A stretch of 61,664 nucleotides of DNA from a virus (Duplodnaviria; Caudoviricetes), in the IMG/VR virus record IMGVR_UViG_3300014862_000003, positions 1 through 61,664 of that record. One strand, 5' to 3'. The stretch's first letter is position 1; every line of letters begins with the position of its first letter. The position numbers and the translations under genes are program-made. The notes under the pieces are model-generated. The model did not search any database. It was not told the DNA's origin and worked only from the letters and a program-made list of their open reading frames with translations. Shown piece by piece: positions 36,218-44,223 of this stretch.

Positions 36218-36451
36218 GTGCCGTCCGTGCCGCTGTACCGCCAGATCGCCGACCGGCTCCGTGCCCGGATCGTGGCCGGCGAACTCAAGCCGGGCGAGAT
36301 GCTGCCGCCGCAGAAGGCGATCGCGGCCGAGTTCGAGTGCTCGTTGCAGCCGGTTAAGTGGGCGTTGCGGGAGTTGGAGCTGGCCGGGTTGATCGAGTCG
36401 CGGCAGGGCATCGGGTCGTTCGTCGTGGACCGCCCGGCCGGAGCACCCTGA
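36218..36451 (+). CDS. GntR-family winged-HTH regulator
   Basis: PLYRQIADRLRARIVAGELKPGEMLP...LIESRQGIGSFV. Confidence 0.9.
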   Translation: MPSVPLYRQIADRLRARIVAGELKPGEMLPPQKAIAAEFECSLQPVKWALRELELAGLIESRQGIGSFVVDRPAGAP

Positions 36452-36491
36452 GGGAGAACGGGCACTTCGGACCGGACGGCCCTAGGATCTG

Positions 36492-37352
36492 CTATGCCGC
36501 TCCGGCGGTGGGCTCGAGCCGGCTAAGCCCCGGCTCGAGCTCCACGATCGGCAGCAGTTCCACAGCGGCGGCCTTGCGGGCGCTGGTCACTGCCAGGTAG
36601 CCCTGCGTGGACATGAGACTGCTGTGCCCAAGGAGCTCCTGGACGACCCGCACGTCCACGTTGGCTTCCAGCAGCGAGGTCGCGAACCAGTGCCTGCAGC
36701 GGTGCAACCTGAACTCGTCGTTGAGTCCGAGGCGACGCCACACAGCCCGCTGCATCCCGGTGAGCATCTGCGGGGTGAGGGGTTGGCCGCGGGACGCCCC
36801 GACGCACAGCAGGCCGGGCGGTGCGTGTTCGATCTCGCGCCACAGCGGAGGCGCGACGGGCACCGATCGGACCTTGCCGCCCTTGCCCTTGACCCGCAGC
36901 CGGCCGTTGGCGATGTCCTGCCGACGGACGGTCACGATCTCACAGCACCGTAGGCCGGCGTATCCGGCGAGCATGACGGCTCGACGCCACGGCTGACCGG
37001 GGGCGGTGAGCGCGGTCAGGAGTTCCTGATCGGTGCACGGGTTGGGGGTGCGGTCGCCCTGCTTCGGCTTGGGGATGTGCAGCATCGGGTCGAGGGTGAG
37101 TCGTTCGGTGAGGACACCCCATGCGTAGAACGACCTGAGATGGGTGTCGTAGGTGTGTTTGGTCCACGGTGACCAGATTGTGGAGTGGATGGCCTTGTAC
37201 TCGATGATCTCGGTTTCGTCGGCGTCGGCGAGTCCCCAGCGGAGGTGGTCGTCGGCGTGGATGAGGAGTCGTTCGCGTTTCTCGATGGTGGTTTCGGCGT
37301 GCCCCGCGGCTTTGAGCCACTTCACGTATTCGGGGACCAGGTCGCATGTCAT
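36492..37352 (-). CDS. int: Tyrosine integrase, short form without arm-binding domain
   Basis: GLRCCE (R), KGKGGK (K), HRCRH (HxxR), LLGHS (H), TQGY (Y); 286 aa. Confidence 0.92.
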   Translation of the reverse strand: MTCDLVPEYVKWLKAAGHAETTIEKRERLLIHADDHLRWGLADADETEIIEYKAIHSTIWSPWTKHTYDTHLRSFYAWGVLTERLTLDPMLHIPKPKQGDRTPNPCTDQELLTALTAPGQPWRRAVMLAGYAGLRCCEIVTVRRQDIANGRLRVKGKGGKVRSVPVAPPLWREIEHAPPGLLCVGASRGQPLTPQMLTGMQRAVWRRLGLNDEFRLHRCRHWFATSLLEANVDVRVVQELLGHSSLMSTQGYLAVTSARKAAAVELLPIVELEPGLSRLEPTAGAA

Positions 37353-37415
37353 TGTCGGATCCTGCTCTTGGTTTACGGCGCGTTACAAGGACCTAACGGT
37401 GGGTAGGTGAAAGGG

Positions 37416-37817
37416 TCAAGCGGTCAGGTGACGCGGTACGCGTGAGGTCCGTCGCGGGCCGGATGGCGGCCGGGAGCGGTCCCCGCGGCCGGGGGGCCTT
37501 CCACTGGCCGGGGCTCCATTCCGCATAGGGGAATGCGCATGTCCGACTGGAGCCAGTTCCGTTACCGTAACTCCAGTTCGCTGGTCGCGAGGCAGCAGGT
37601 CGACCACCCCTACCCCCAGCGCGTCCGCAATCCGGGCTAGGTCGTTCAGGTCGATGGGCTGTCGGCCGTTGAGTCGGTAGGACACCCACATCTGGCTGAC
37701 GTCCAGCATGCGGGCCAGTGCTGCTCCGGTGATGCGCTTGCGGGCCATGAGGGCTCGGATCTCTTCTGCTACGCGGGCCGTGAGACTGTCACGCTGCTCC
37801 GTCGGAGTGATGCTCAT
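37416..37817 (-). CDS. Immunity repressor (XRE HTH) with disordered C-terminal tail
   Basis: VAEEIRALMARKRITGAALARMLDVSQMWVSYRLNG; divergent from Cro-like gene; CAGAAT -10 box, leaderless. Confidence 0.85.
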   Translation of the reverse strand: MSITPTEQRDSLTARVAEEIRALMARKRITGAALARMLDVSQMWVSYRLNGRQPIDLNDLARIADALGVGVVDLLPRDQRTGVTVTELAPVGHAHSPMRNGAPASGRPPGRGDRSRPPSGPRRTSRVPRHLTA

Positions 37818-37919
37818 GTCGTGATTCTGACGCACGGATCGAATCAAGCGCAAGACCGTGTGGGGTTTCTCTGGGCCACGTCTTGACGATGTAACGCTAT
37901 CCGTGATGTTATCTGCGTC
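37818..37919. promoter_or_regulatory. Divergent repressor/Cro promoter region
   Basis: TTGACG at 37883; leftward TTGCGC-18-CAGAAT; TGACGCA/TGCGTCA and ATCCGTG repeats. Confidence 0.6.
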
Positions 37920-38153
37920 ATGCGAGATGAAGTAAGAGCTGCTGTTGCCTCGGCCGTGCGTGCCGAGATGGCTCGCAAGGGAGTTGACCAGCGGACTCTC
38001 GCCAAGCAAGCCGGCAAGAGCCAGGCGTGGCTCTCGAAGCTGACCAACGGCAAGACGGCCTGTCGGGTGGAAGACCTCGTCTTGCTGGCCGAGGCGCTTG
38101 ATATCCCCCTCTCGGCGCTCATCCCTCAAGCCGCTGCCGGTCGTGCGGCATGA
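37920..38153 (+). CDS. Cro-like XRE HTH protein
   Basis: VRAEMARKGVDQRTLAKQAGKSQAWLSKLTNG. Confidence 0.85.
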   Translation: MRDEVRAAVASAVRAEMARKGVDQRTLAKQAGKSQAWLSKLTNGKTACRVEDLVLLAEALDIPLSALIPQAAAGRAA

Positions 38154-38854
38154 GCGCCGCGGCGGACCTCGAACGGCGCTTTCTCGCCGGCCTCGATGAC
38201 GCCCAGTCGGCCTACGAGCAGATCGTTGCCACCGAGGCGTGGACTGAGCTCGGTCACGACTCGTTCGCGGCGTGGTGGGAGACCGCGGTCCGGCCGACGA
38301 TGCGCGCCCTGTCGATGCGACCCACGCGGGAGATCGCCGCGGCCGTGGTCGAGCGGGTCCGGGCTGAGGATGCCGAGCTACCGCCAGCACAACGCCGGAC
38401 TCAGCGGGAACTGGCTGAACTGGCCGGGGTGCACCCGGACACGGTCTCTGGGCGCAAGCGCCAAGATCCAGATAAAGCGGAACCTCCGCTTCGGCCCGAT
38501 CTTGAACCGCCCACCGACCCGCTACCGCCCGAGATCGCGGAGAAGGTCCGGGACCGGATCGAGCAACGCAACGGGCATCGGATGAGTGCCGAATTCGCCG
38601 CGGCACTGGACAGGCTCGTACCAGACACCGATCCCTGGTCAGGTTGGCGGGCCAGCTACATCCGCGACATCGCCGCCGGCCATCGGGTCATCGCCGGCCG
38701 GACCATCGCCGAGATCGTCGAGCGGTCGGATTCGGCACTGATCGACGAGCTTCTCCGCTTCGCCGACGAGGTCGCCACCCACGCCACCGCCATCCGGGCT
38801 GCGCTCAAGGCGGAGCGTCGGGAGAACGTCGTTCCACTTAGGAGCGTCCGATGA
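38150..38854 (+). CDS. HTH-containing protein
   Basis: TQRELAELAGVHPDTVS; ATGA coupling. Confidence 0.75.
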   Translation: MSAAADLERRFLAGLDDAQSAYEQIVATEAWTELGHDSFAAWWETAVRPTMRALSMRPTREIAAAVVERVRAEDAELPPAQRRTQRELAELAGVHPDTVSGRKRQDPDKAEPPLRPDLEPPTDPLPPEIAEKVRDRIEQRNGHRMSAEFAAALDRLVPDTDPWSGWRASYIRDIAAGHRVIAGRTIAEIVERSDSALIDELLRFADEVATHATAIRAALKAERRENVVPLRSVR

Positions 38855-39372
38855 AGCTGACATGGGAACCCGAATGGCGTGAGGAGTACGACGCGCTGCT
38901 CGATGAGGTGGTTTCGGTTGGCACGAACACCTCAGCCCGGCTGAACGAGTTCGAGCGGCTTCTCAACGACGCGGTCCAAGCGCACAAGCCATGGGCTCGT
39001 GACGTGGAGCGGACGTGTATCCGCGCTGGGCTCGCAAAGGAAGTCAAGGCGTTCCAGGACCGGACCCGTGCCGCAGTCTCCTACGACGGAGAAGTACTTA
39101 GCCTGCCTAGGGTTCAGAGCCGCCGCATCATCGACCACGAGGGCAAGGCGACCCACGACAGAGCCTTGATCGAACTGTGGAGCTGGAGCGAGATCATCGC
39201 GAAGCGGGTCGAGGCGAAGGCCGCCGGCGTGACGTCGGCGAACCGGATGGCCTTCTACGACAAACTCCTGGCGCTCCGCGGCCTGTGTCCTGAGTCGGCC
39301 TCGCCGCAGGACGCCGCCGATCGTCTCGGCCTGGACCTGGACGAGTTCCTCGGTCGGGAGGCCGTCGCATAG
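38851..39372 (+). CDS. Hypothetical protein
   Basis: ATGA coupling, AGGAG RBS. Confidence 0.75.
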   Translation: MKLTWEPEWREEYDALLDEVVSVGTNTSARLNEFERLLNDAVQAHKPWARDVERTCIRAGLAKEVKAFQDRTRAAVSYDGEVLSLPRVQSRRIIDHEGKATHDRALIELWSWSEIIAKRVEAKAAGVTSANRMAFYDKLLALRGLCPESASPQDAADRLGLDLDEFLGREAVA

Positions 39373-39584
39373 CTCTGGCCACAGGCGTACCGCCGCCGCC
39401 ACCTCCCCCGCCGCCGCCACCACCTCCACCGCCTCCCGTCCCGCCCCCGAGACCAGTCCGACCGCCCGACACGCGACCGCCGAACCGCCGCAACGACTGA
39501 GACCCCCGCCGCCCCGGCGCCGGACAAAGCGCTGAGCCACAGCCGATCCCGCCGGGGTGGCGGGACAACACCGAAGGGAGTGAC

Positions 39585-39764
39585 ATGACCGGCCACAAGC
39601 TGAGCGCCGAACGCTTCAACCGCTACCCGCAGCCGGACTCGTTCCGTCCGAAGTGTTCATGCGGCTGGAAGTCGCCGCAGTTCCTGAGCCGGGACGAGGC
39701 CACGCAGGTCGGAGACGAGCACCTCGCGGCGACCCTGCTCACCGTCATGGGCGTGACGTCGTGA
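39585..39764 (+). CDS. Small Zn-finger protein (59 aa)
   Basis: Read manually: MTGHKL...KCSCGW...EH; GGGAG RBS. Confidence 0.65.
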   Translation: MTGHKLSAERFNRYPQPDSFRPKCSCGWKSPQFLSRDEATQVGDEHLAATLLTVMGVTS

Positions 39765-39985
39765 AGCTCAAGTTGGGCGGCGTTGGCCCGATAACCCGCC
39801 CCGTTCGTCTCGGTGCGCTCTCGCGGCCGTGTTCAGTCTGCGGCGCGGGCATCGGCATCCACTGCCTGAACTTGCGCCGAACTGCGAAGCTCCGCCGCCC
39901 GCACGACGAGAGGCGAGGCTGGTCCGACGTCCCCGTTGAGCCCGGCTCAGGTTCCGGGGAGCCGCTACCCGCCCTGTCTGGGTAG
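39761..39985 (+). CDS. Small Zn-finger protein
   Basis: CSVCGA..G.HC...PH..R; GTGA coupling. Confidence 0.65.
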   Translation: MKLKLGGVGPITRPVRLGALSRPCSVCGAGIGIHCLNLRRTAKLRRPHDERRGWSDVPVEPGSGSGEPLPALSG

Positions 39986-40203
39986 CGGCGGGTGTCCGGG
40001 CCGTCTTCCCCGCGGCCCGGGCACCGAGACCTCCGCGTTCCCGGTCTCCACGAGAGCCGGCCGCGGACCACGGCCCTGGAGCATCCGGGTCAGGGGCCGT
40101 GACGGGGTGAGGTGTCTGAGGGCATCAGCACCTCACCCCAACCGAACAGTCCACAAAGGAGCGGCCCGCACCGAGTGAGGGTGCGGACCGCAGAAGACGA
40201 GAG

Positions 40204-40674
40204 GTGTTCGTCCGTGATCCAGAGTACAGAACCGGTCGGCGGTGCGACGTGACCGCTGAGAAGGTAGATGGCCGCGCGGTCGTCACCATGGAGCGGGTCG
40301 AGACGCCACTCTCGACGTCAGCGAGGCCGTGCCATTTCACCCGCATCGTTCGCCTGCTGCTCGACGACGGCACAGACCTGTTCGGCTGCACGGAGTGCGA
40401 CTTCACCAGCCCGGCGGTCGGGTCGGTGCGGCACCACCTGCGCGACCACAGCGCGACGGTTGAGGCCCTACGCCCACAGCGCAAGCCACGATCCGTGCCG
40501 TCGCAGCAACGGGCGGTCCCTGATATCTCGCTGAGTGACCTGCTGCAGTCGGCCGAGCGCGCCGAAGCGATGGGTGACGCGCTTGAGCGTCTGGCCGCTG
40601 ACCGCAACGAGTGGAAGGCCCGGGCACTGAAGGCTGAGCGCGCGATGGCGACGCTGAAGCGGGTGCTGTTGTGA
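40204..40674 (+). CDS. C2H2-like Zn-finger and coiled-coil protein
   Basis: CTECDF........HHLRDH; start may be 40249. Confidence 0.7.
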   Translation: MFVRDPEYRTGRRCDVTAEKVDGRAVVTMERVETPLSTSARPCHFTRIVRLLLDDGTDLFGCTECDFTSPAVGSVRHHLRDHSATVEALRPQRKPRSVPSQQRAVPDISLSDLLQSAERAEAMGDALERLAADRNEWKARALKAERAMATLKRVLL

Positions 40675-41439
40675 CCACCACTCTTCCTCTGGACTCCCAC
40701 GCTGTAGACCTCGCCTGGGTCCGTCACCGGTGGCACGAACTGGACCGCAGCGAGGCCGCGTTGGCGATGCTGCTTGCTGGTGTGTCGTGGGCTGAGGCGC
40801 TGGTGCTGTTGGCGGGTTGCACGTTGCCGTCCACCGCACGCGCCCAGGTCGGTGCGCCGTGATCGTGCTTCCTACCGACCCGGAGAACGACACGGTGTGC
40901 GCCCTGCGCTGGGCCTGGCGCGGCGACACCCACTTCACCCAGCGGTACCTGGATCACCTCACCGCAGCCGACCGGGCCCGGGCCCTGCTGTGCCTGGAAG
41001 GGCTCGTGAGCCGGCTACGGGCCATGGACCCGGCCCTCGTCGCAGCAGCTGCACTGAGCCCGGACGAACTGGAGGGACCGTGAGCACCTGTCCAGCGGTA
41101 GAACTGGCCTGCCCGCAGTGCGTGTTCCCGCGTCAGTGTGACGGCGAGTGCAGCGAGATGTGCCGGCTCTTGGTCGAGATGCTTTCCGACCCGGAAGGCC
41201 ACGAGGCGCTTCACCGGTCGCAGCACTGCTCCGGCTGTGGGACTGCGAAGTACGACGCCGAGGGCAACAACACCGACGTGACGCGGACCTGCAGGTACGG
41301 CCTCTGCACCGAGTGGCACTGCCCGGTCTGTGACCTCGAATGGGGCGCTGCGGGTCCGGTCGGCTGCCGCTGCAGCACCGGCTGGACGACGCGGCTCTGG
41401 CTGGCGTGGCGACGGTTCCGGGACCGGAGGTCGTCGTGA
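40671..41439 (+). CDS. Three coupled small hypothetical genes (40671-40862, 40859-41083, 41080-41439 Cys-rich)
   Basis: Successive GTGA overlaps. Confidence 0.6.
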
Positions 41440-41858
41440 CCGACAAGGAGCACCCCCGCGACCACCTGCGTGACGCTCTCCGCCCGCTGCGTAACGCCAT
41501 GGGCCTGTCTTTGGCCGGGGTGGAGGCGGCCACCGGCATCCTGGCCGTGCGCCTCGGATCGTGGGAACGCAACCAGCGCATGCCGCCCGTCCCGGTGTTG
41601 ATCGACCTGATCGAGTTCTACGGGTCGCGGATCGTGATCGTCGGCCCGGACGAGCACGTCGTACCGACCTCGGCCAGCCGGGGCGAGGAGCGCATCGTGT
41701 TCGTGGTCGTGTCACCCGACGGTGTTGAGGTGACACGAGAGAACGCGACCGACGCCGATGTTCTCGCCAAGGCGATGCCGGGGTCGAAGATCGGCTACCG
41801 GATCGACCGGATCGGCACTGTCGAGTTCGGACTCCCACCGGGCGGTGCGTGGTGGTGA
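41436..41858 (+). CDS. XRE HTH protein
   Basis: LR..MGLSLAGVEAATGI...RLGSWERNQRMP. Confidence 0.8.
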   Translation: MTDKEHPRDHLRDALRPLRNAMGLSLAGVEAATGILAVRLGSWERNQRMPPVPVLIDLIEFYGSRIVIVGPDEHVVPTSASRGEERIVFVVVSPDGVEVTRENATDADVLAKAMPGSKIGYRIDRIGTVEFGLPPGGAWW

Positions 41859-42160
41859 GGTCGGCGCTGTGGTTCGTGTCCGGTGCGGCATGTACCGGCC
41901 TGGTTCTGATTACGTCGCTGTTGACGTCGCTCGTGATCGCGTGGCGGCGACGGCAACGGCCGGTGGAGAAGCGCCGCGCCGACGGCCTGAAGCTGCCCGT
42001 GTCGGCGACGAACGTGCCGGTGTGGCCCGCGCCGGGGCCGCTGACGTGTTCGGGCTGTGGGCGTAACGCCGGCCACGACGACGGCTGTTCGCGGCTGGGG
42101 TTCCTCGGGTTGGCCGCGACTCGGATCGACATTCCCCGTACCGGACAAGGAGAGTCATGA
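41849..42160 (+). CDS. Membrane protein with C-terminal Zn-binding motif
   Basis: N-terminal TM; CSGC....H...C. Confidence 0.55.
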   Translation: MVVRSALWFVSGAACTGLVLITSLLTSLVIAWRRRQRPVEKRRADGLKLPVSATNVPVWPAPGPLTCSGCGRNAGHDDGCSRLGFLGLAATRIDIPRTGQGES

Positions 42161-42573
42161 GCACACCGCACTTCTCGGTCGACTGCCACGAATACCACAG
42201 CCTGGTGCGGGACTTCGGCGGCGATGCCGAGCGACCCACCATCACCGTCCTGTGCGGCTCCACGAAGTTCGGCCCGACCGCTTACCGGGAGGCCAACCTG
42301 CAACTCACCGTCGCCGGTCATATCGTGCTGACCATCGGCTGCGACACCAAGTCTGACCACGACCTCGACCTCGCCGCCCAAGCCTCCGACGGGCGCACCC
42401 TGGACGAGGTCAAAACCGACTTGGACGACCTCCACAAGCGGAAGATCGACCTCGCCGACGAGGTGCTGGTGCTCAATGTCGGCGGCTACATCGGCGACTC
42501 GACCCGCTCCGAGATCGAGTACGCGGAGAAGATCGGCCGGCCGGTCCGCTACCTCGAAGCGGTCGAGTCATGA
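42157..42573 (+). CDS. Nucleoside 2-deoxyribosyltransferase-like protein
   Basis: LCGSTKF, HKRKIDLADEVLVLNVGGYIGDSTRSEIEYA...G.PV. Confidence 0.75.
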   Translation: MSTPHFSVDCHEYHSLVRDFGGDAERPTITVLCGSTKFGPTAYREANLQLTVAGHIVLTIGCDTKSDHDLDLAAQASDGRTLDEVKTDLDDLHKRKIDLADEVLVLNVGGYIGDSTRSEIEYAEKIGRPVRYLEAVES

Positions 42574-43061
42574 CTTCTCTCGCCACGGTCGTCACCGCCT
42601 ACGCCGCTGGCGTCATCTGCCTCGCTGGAGTCGCACATCAGGCCGGCTGGCTTCACTCCGCCGCCGCAGCGGTCAAAGCTGGCCGTCGACGGCGGCCAGG
42701 CCGACACCGTGCCGTCGGCCTGTCCACCGCCCAGCGGGCCGGTACGTCGGCGTCCTATGTGGAGGCCCATCGGCCGCTGCCGGCGCTGACGTCGGTGCTG
42801 GAGTTCCCGGACCTGACCGGCGACGTGGCGCCACTGTGCCCGCCGATGTATCCGCCGCTGGTCGAGGGCTACGCGCATCGTCTGGGCGCTGGCCGGTATG
42901 CGCACCTTGGTCCGGAGGAGTTGGACACCACCAACGACCGGCTTCTGCGGCTGCGCGGGATCGGTCAGAGGCCGGCGGTGGACTTGGCGGCGCTGCGGGT
43001 GCGGGATTCGGTTCCCACTGTTGGTGCGGTCGACGACGAGTGGCTGGAGGTTGCGGCGTGA
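42570..43061 (+). CDS. Hypothetical membrane-anchored protein
   Basis: ATGA coupling, hydrophobic N-terminus, GRHRA motif. Confidence 0.65.
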   Translation: MTSLATVVTAYAAGVICLAGVAHQAGWLHSAAAAVKAGRRRRPGRHRAVGLSTAQRAGTSASYVEAHRPLPALTSVLEFPDLTGDVAPLCPPMYPPLVEGYAHRLGAGRYAHLGPEELDTTNDRLLRLRGIGQRPAVDLAALRVRDSVPTVGAVDDEWLEVAA

Positions 43062-43082
43062 AGTTCTGGTACGACACCGAAT
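43058..43082 (+). pseudogene. Orphaned original 5' end of the exonuclease gene (MKFWYDTE)
   Basis: GGAGG RBS plus GTGA coupling; matches MRFWYDCE at 43669. Confidence 0.8.
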
Positions 43083-43651
43083 CAAGCGTCGTAGCGAGCC
43101 AGCATCGCGCGACACCAGGCGACAACGTCCTCAACCCGCTGTCCGGTTGGGTGACTTCCGGTCCACAACTCCAAGTTGGGCAGCGTGTTGTTGGTCCGGT
43201 TGAGGTCGCGATGATGGACGGTCTCGTCCGGGAAGAGTGGCCGACCGAGGTGCCCTTCCATGACGATTCGGTGTTCGAGAGCCCATCTGTCGCGACCCAC
43301 TCGATCCGTGCGAACGCGGACATACCCCTGACCGGTGATGTAGCGGCCGGTCAGCGAGCGGAGACCGCGTTTCTTTCCTGGACTCCCACGACCCGGCCCC
43401 GCGAGAGGGTCACCGTACCGCCGCAGTCGATGGCCGTGACTGTTGCACAGACCTCCATGAGCCGCCTTCAACTCGCAGTCACCGACCAGGCAGTTCGGTT
43501 GCTCGGGTCGTCGACCTTGCCACCACGTCTGATAGCAGCGGCGACAAAGCATCGGCACTACTGGCCGGCTCGGATCTCTCCAGATGCGGCGCTTCTGCGT
43601 CACCGGTCTGCCGCATGTCGCAGTGACGCAAACTTCAATTGATCTATCCAT
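43082..43651 (-). CDS. HNH homing endonuclease inserted antisense
   Basis: LEHRIVMEGHLGRPL..DETVHHRDLNRTNNTLPNLELW; paralog of 12463..13137. Confidence 0.9.
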   Translation of the reverse strand: MDRSIEVCVTATCGRPVTQKRRIWRDPSRPVVPMLCRRCYQTWWQGRRPEQPNCLVGDCELKAAHGGLCNSHGHRLRRYGDPLAGPGRGSPGKKRGLRSLTGRYITGQGYVRVRTDRVGRDRWALEHRIVMEGHLGRPLFPDETVHHRDLNRTNNTLPNLELWTGSHPTGQRVEDVVAWCRAMLARYDA

Positions 43652-43668
43652 ATGGGGAGCTTACCGTT

Positions 43669-44223
43669 ATGCGCTTTTGGTACGACTGCGAGTTCATCGA
43701 GGACGGGCGGACGATCGACCTCATCTCCATCGGCATCGTCGCCGCGGACGGGTTGGAGTATTACGCCGTAAATCTCGACGCGCCGTGGAAGCGGATCTAC
43801 AAGCACGACTGGCTAATGGAGAACGTTGTCCCGTCGTTGCCGCGCTACTACGGCGACGCCCGGAACCACTTCGGCGACAAGGTGAACCTGCAGGACCCGA
43901 CGTGCCGCACCTACGCGAAGATCCGGGCCGACGTGCGCGAGTTCCTGCTCGGCCGATCCGGCGACGAGCCACGCGACGTGGACCTGTGGGCCTGGTACGG
44001 CGCGTACGACCACGTCGCGCTGGCGCAGATGTTCGGCCCCATGGTGAAACTGCCTGCTGGCATTCCGATGTGGACCAACGACCTGCGGCAGGAGTGCCAC
44101 CGGCTTGGTCTCGACGCCGAGTTGATCGCGCCGCGCACGGGCGGGCAGCACAACGCCCTTGAGGACGCTCGCTGGAACCGGGACCTGCACGCCGCGATCG
44201 TCCGGGAGGTGATGGGCGAGTGA
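43669..44223 (+). CDS. DEDDh 3'-5' exonuclease (Rv2179c/DUF5051-like)
   Basis: YDCEFIEDG.TIDLISIG, WAWYGAYDHV, HNALEDARW. Confidence 0.9.
   Translation: MRFWYDCEFIEDGRTIDLISIGIVAADGLEYYAVNLDAPWKRIYKHDWLMENVVPSLPRYYGDARNHFGDKVNLQDPTCRTYAKIRADVREFLLGRSGDEPRDVDLWAWYGAYDHVALAQMFGPMVKLPAGIPMWTNDLRQECHRLGLDAELIAPRTGGQHNALEDARWNRDLHAAIVREVMGE

Noticed and set aside
36512-36540. Inverted repeat at the integrase 3' end as attP
   Set aside because: GCTCGAGCCGG/CCGGCTCGAGC is real but could equally be a terminator for the convergent GntR gene; no host sequence to test against
37818-38606. N-terminal 263 aa of the 396-aa repressor ORF in the track
   Set aside because: Overlaps Cro and the next gene in antisense; real start is ATG 37817 with its own -10 box
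43058-43693. Group I intron in the exonuclease gene
   Set aside because: The insert is almost entirely an antisense ORF with no room for a ribozyme core; boundaries lack the U/G pair; the downstream part has its own RBS and start
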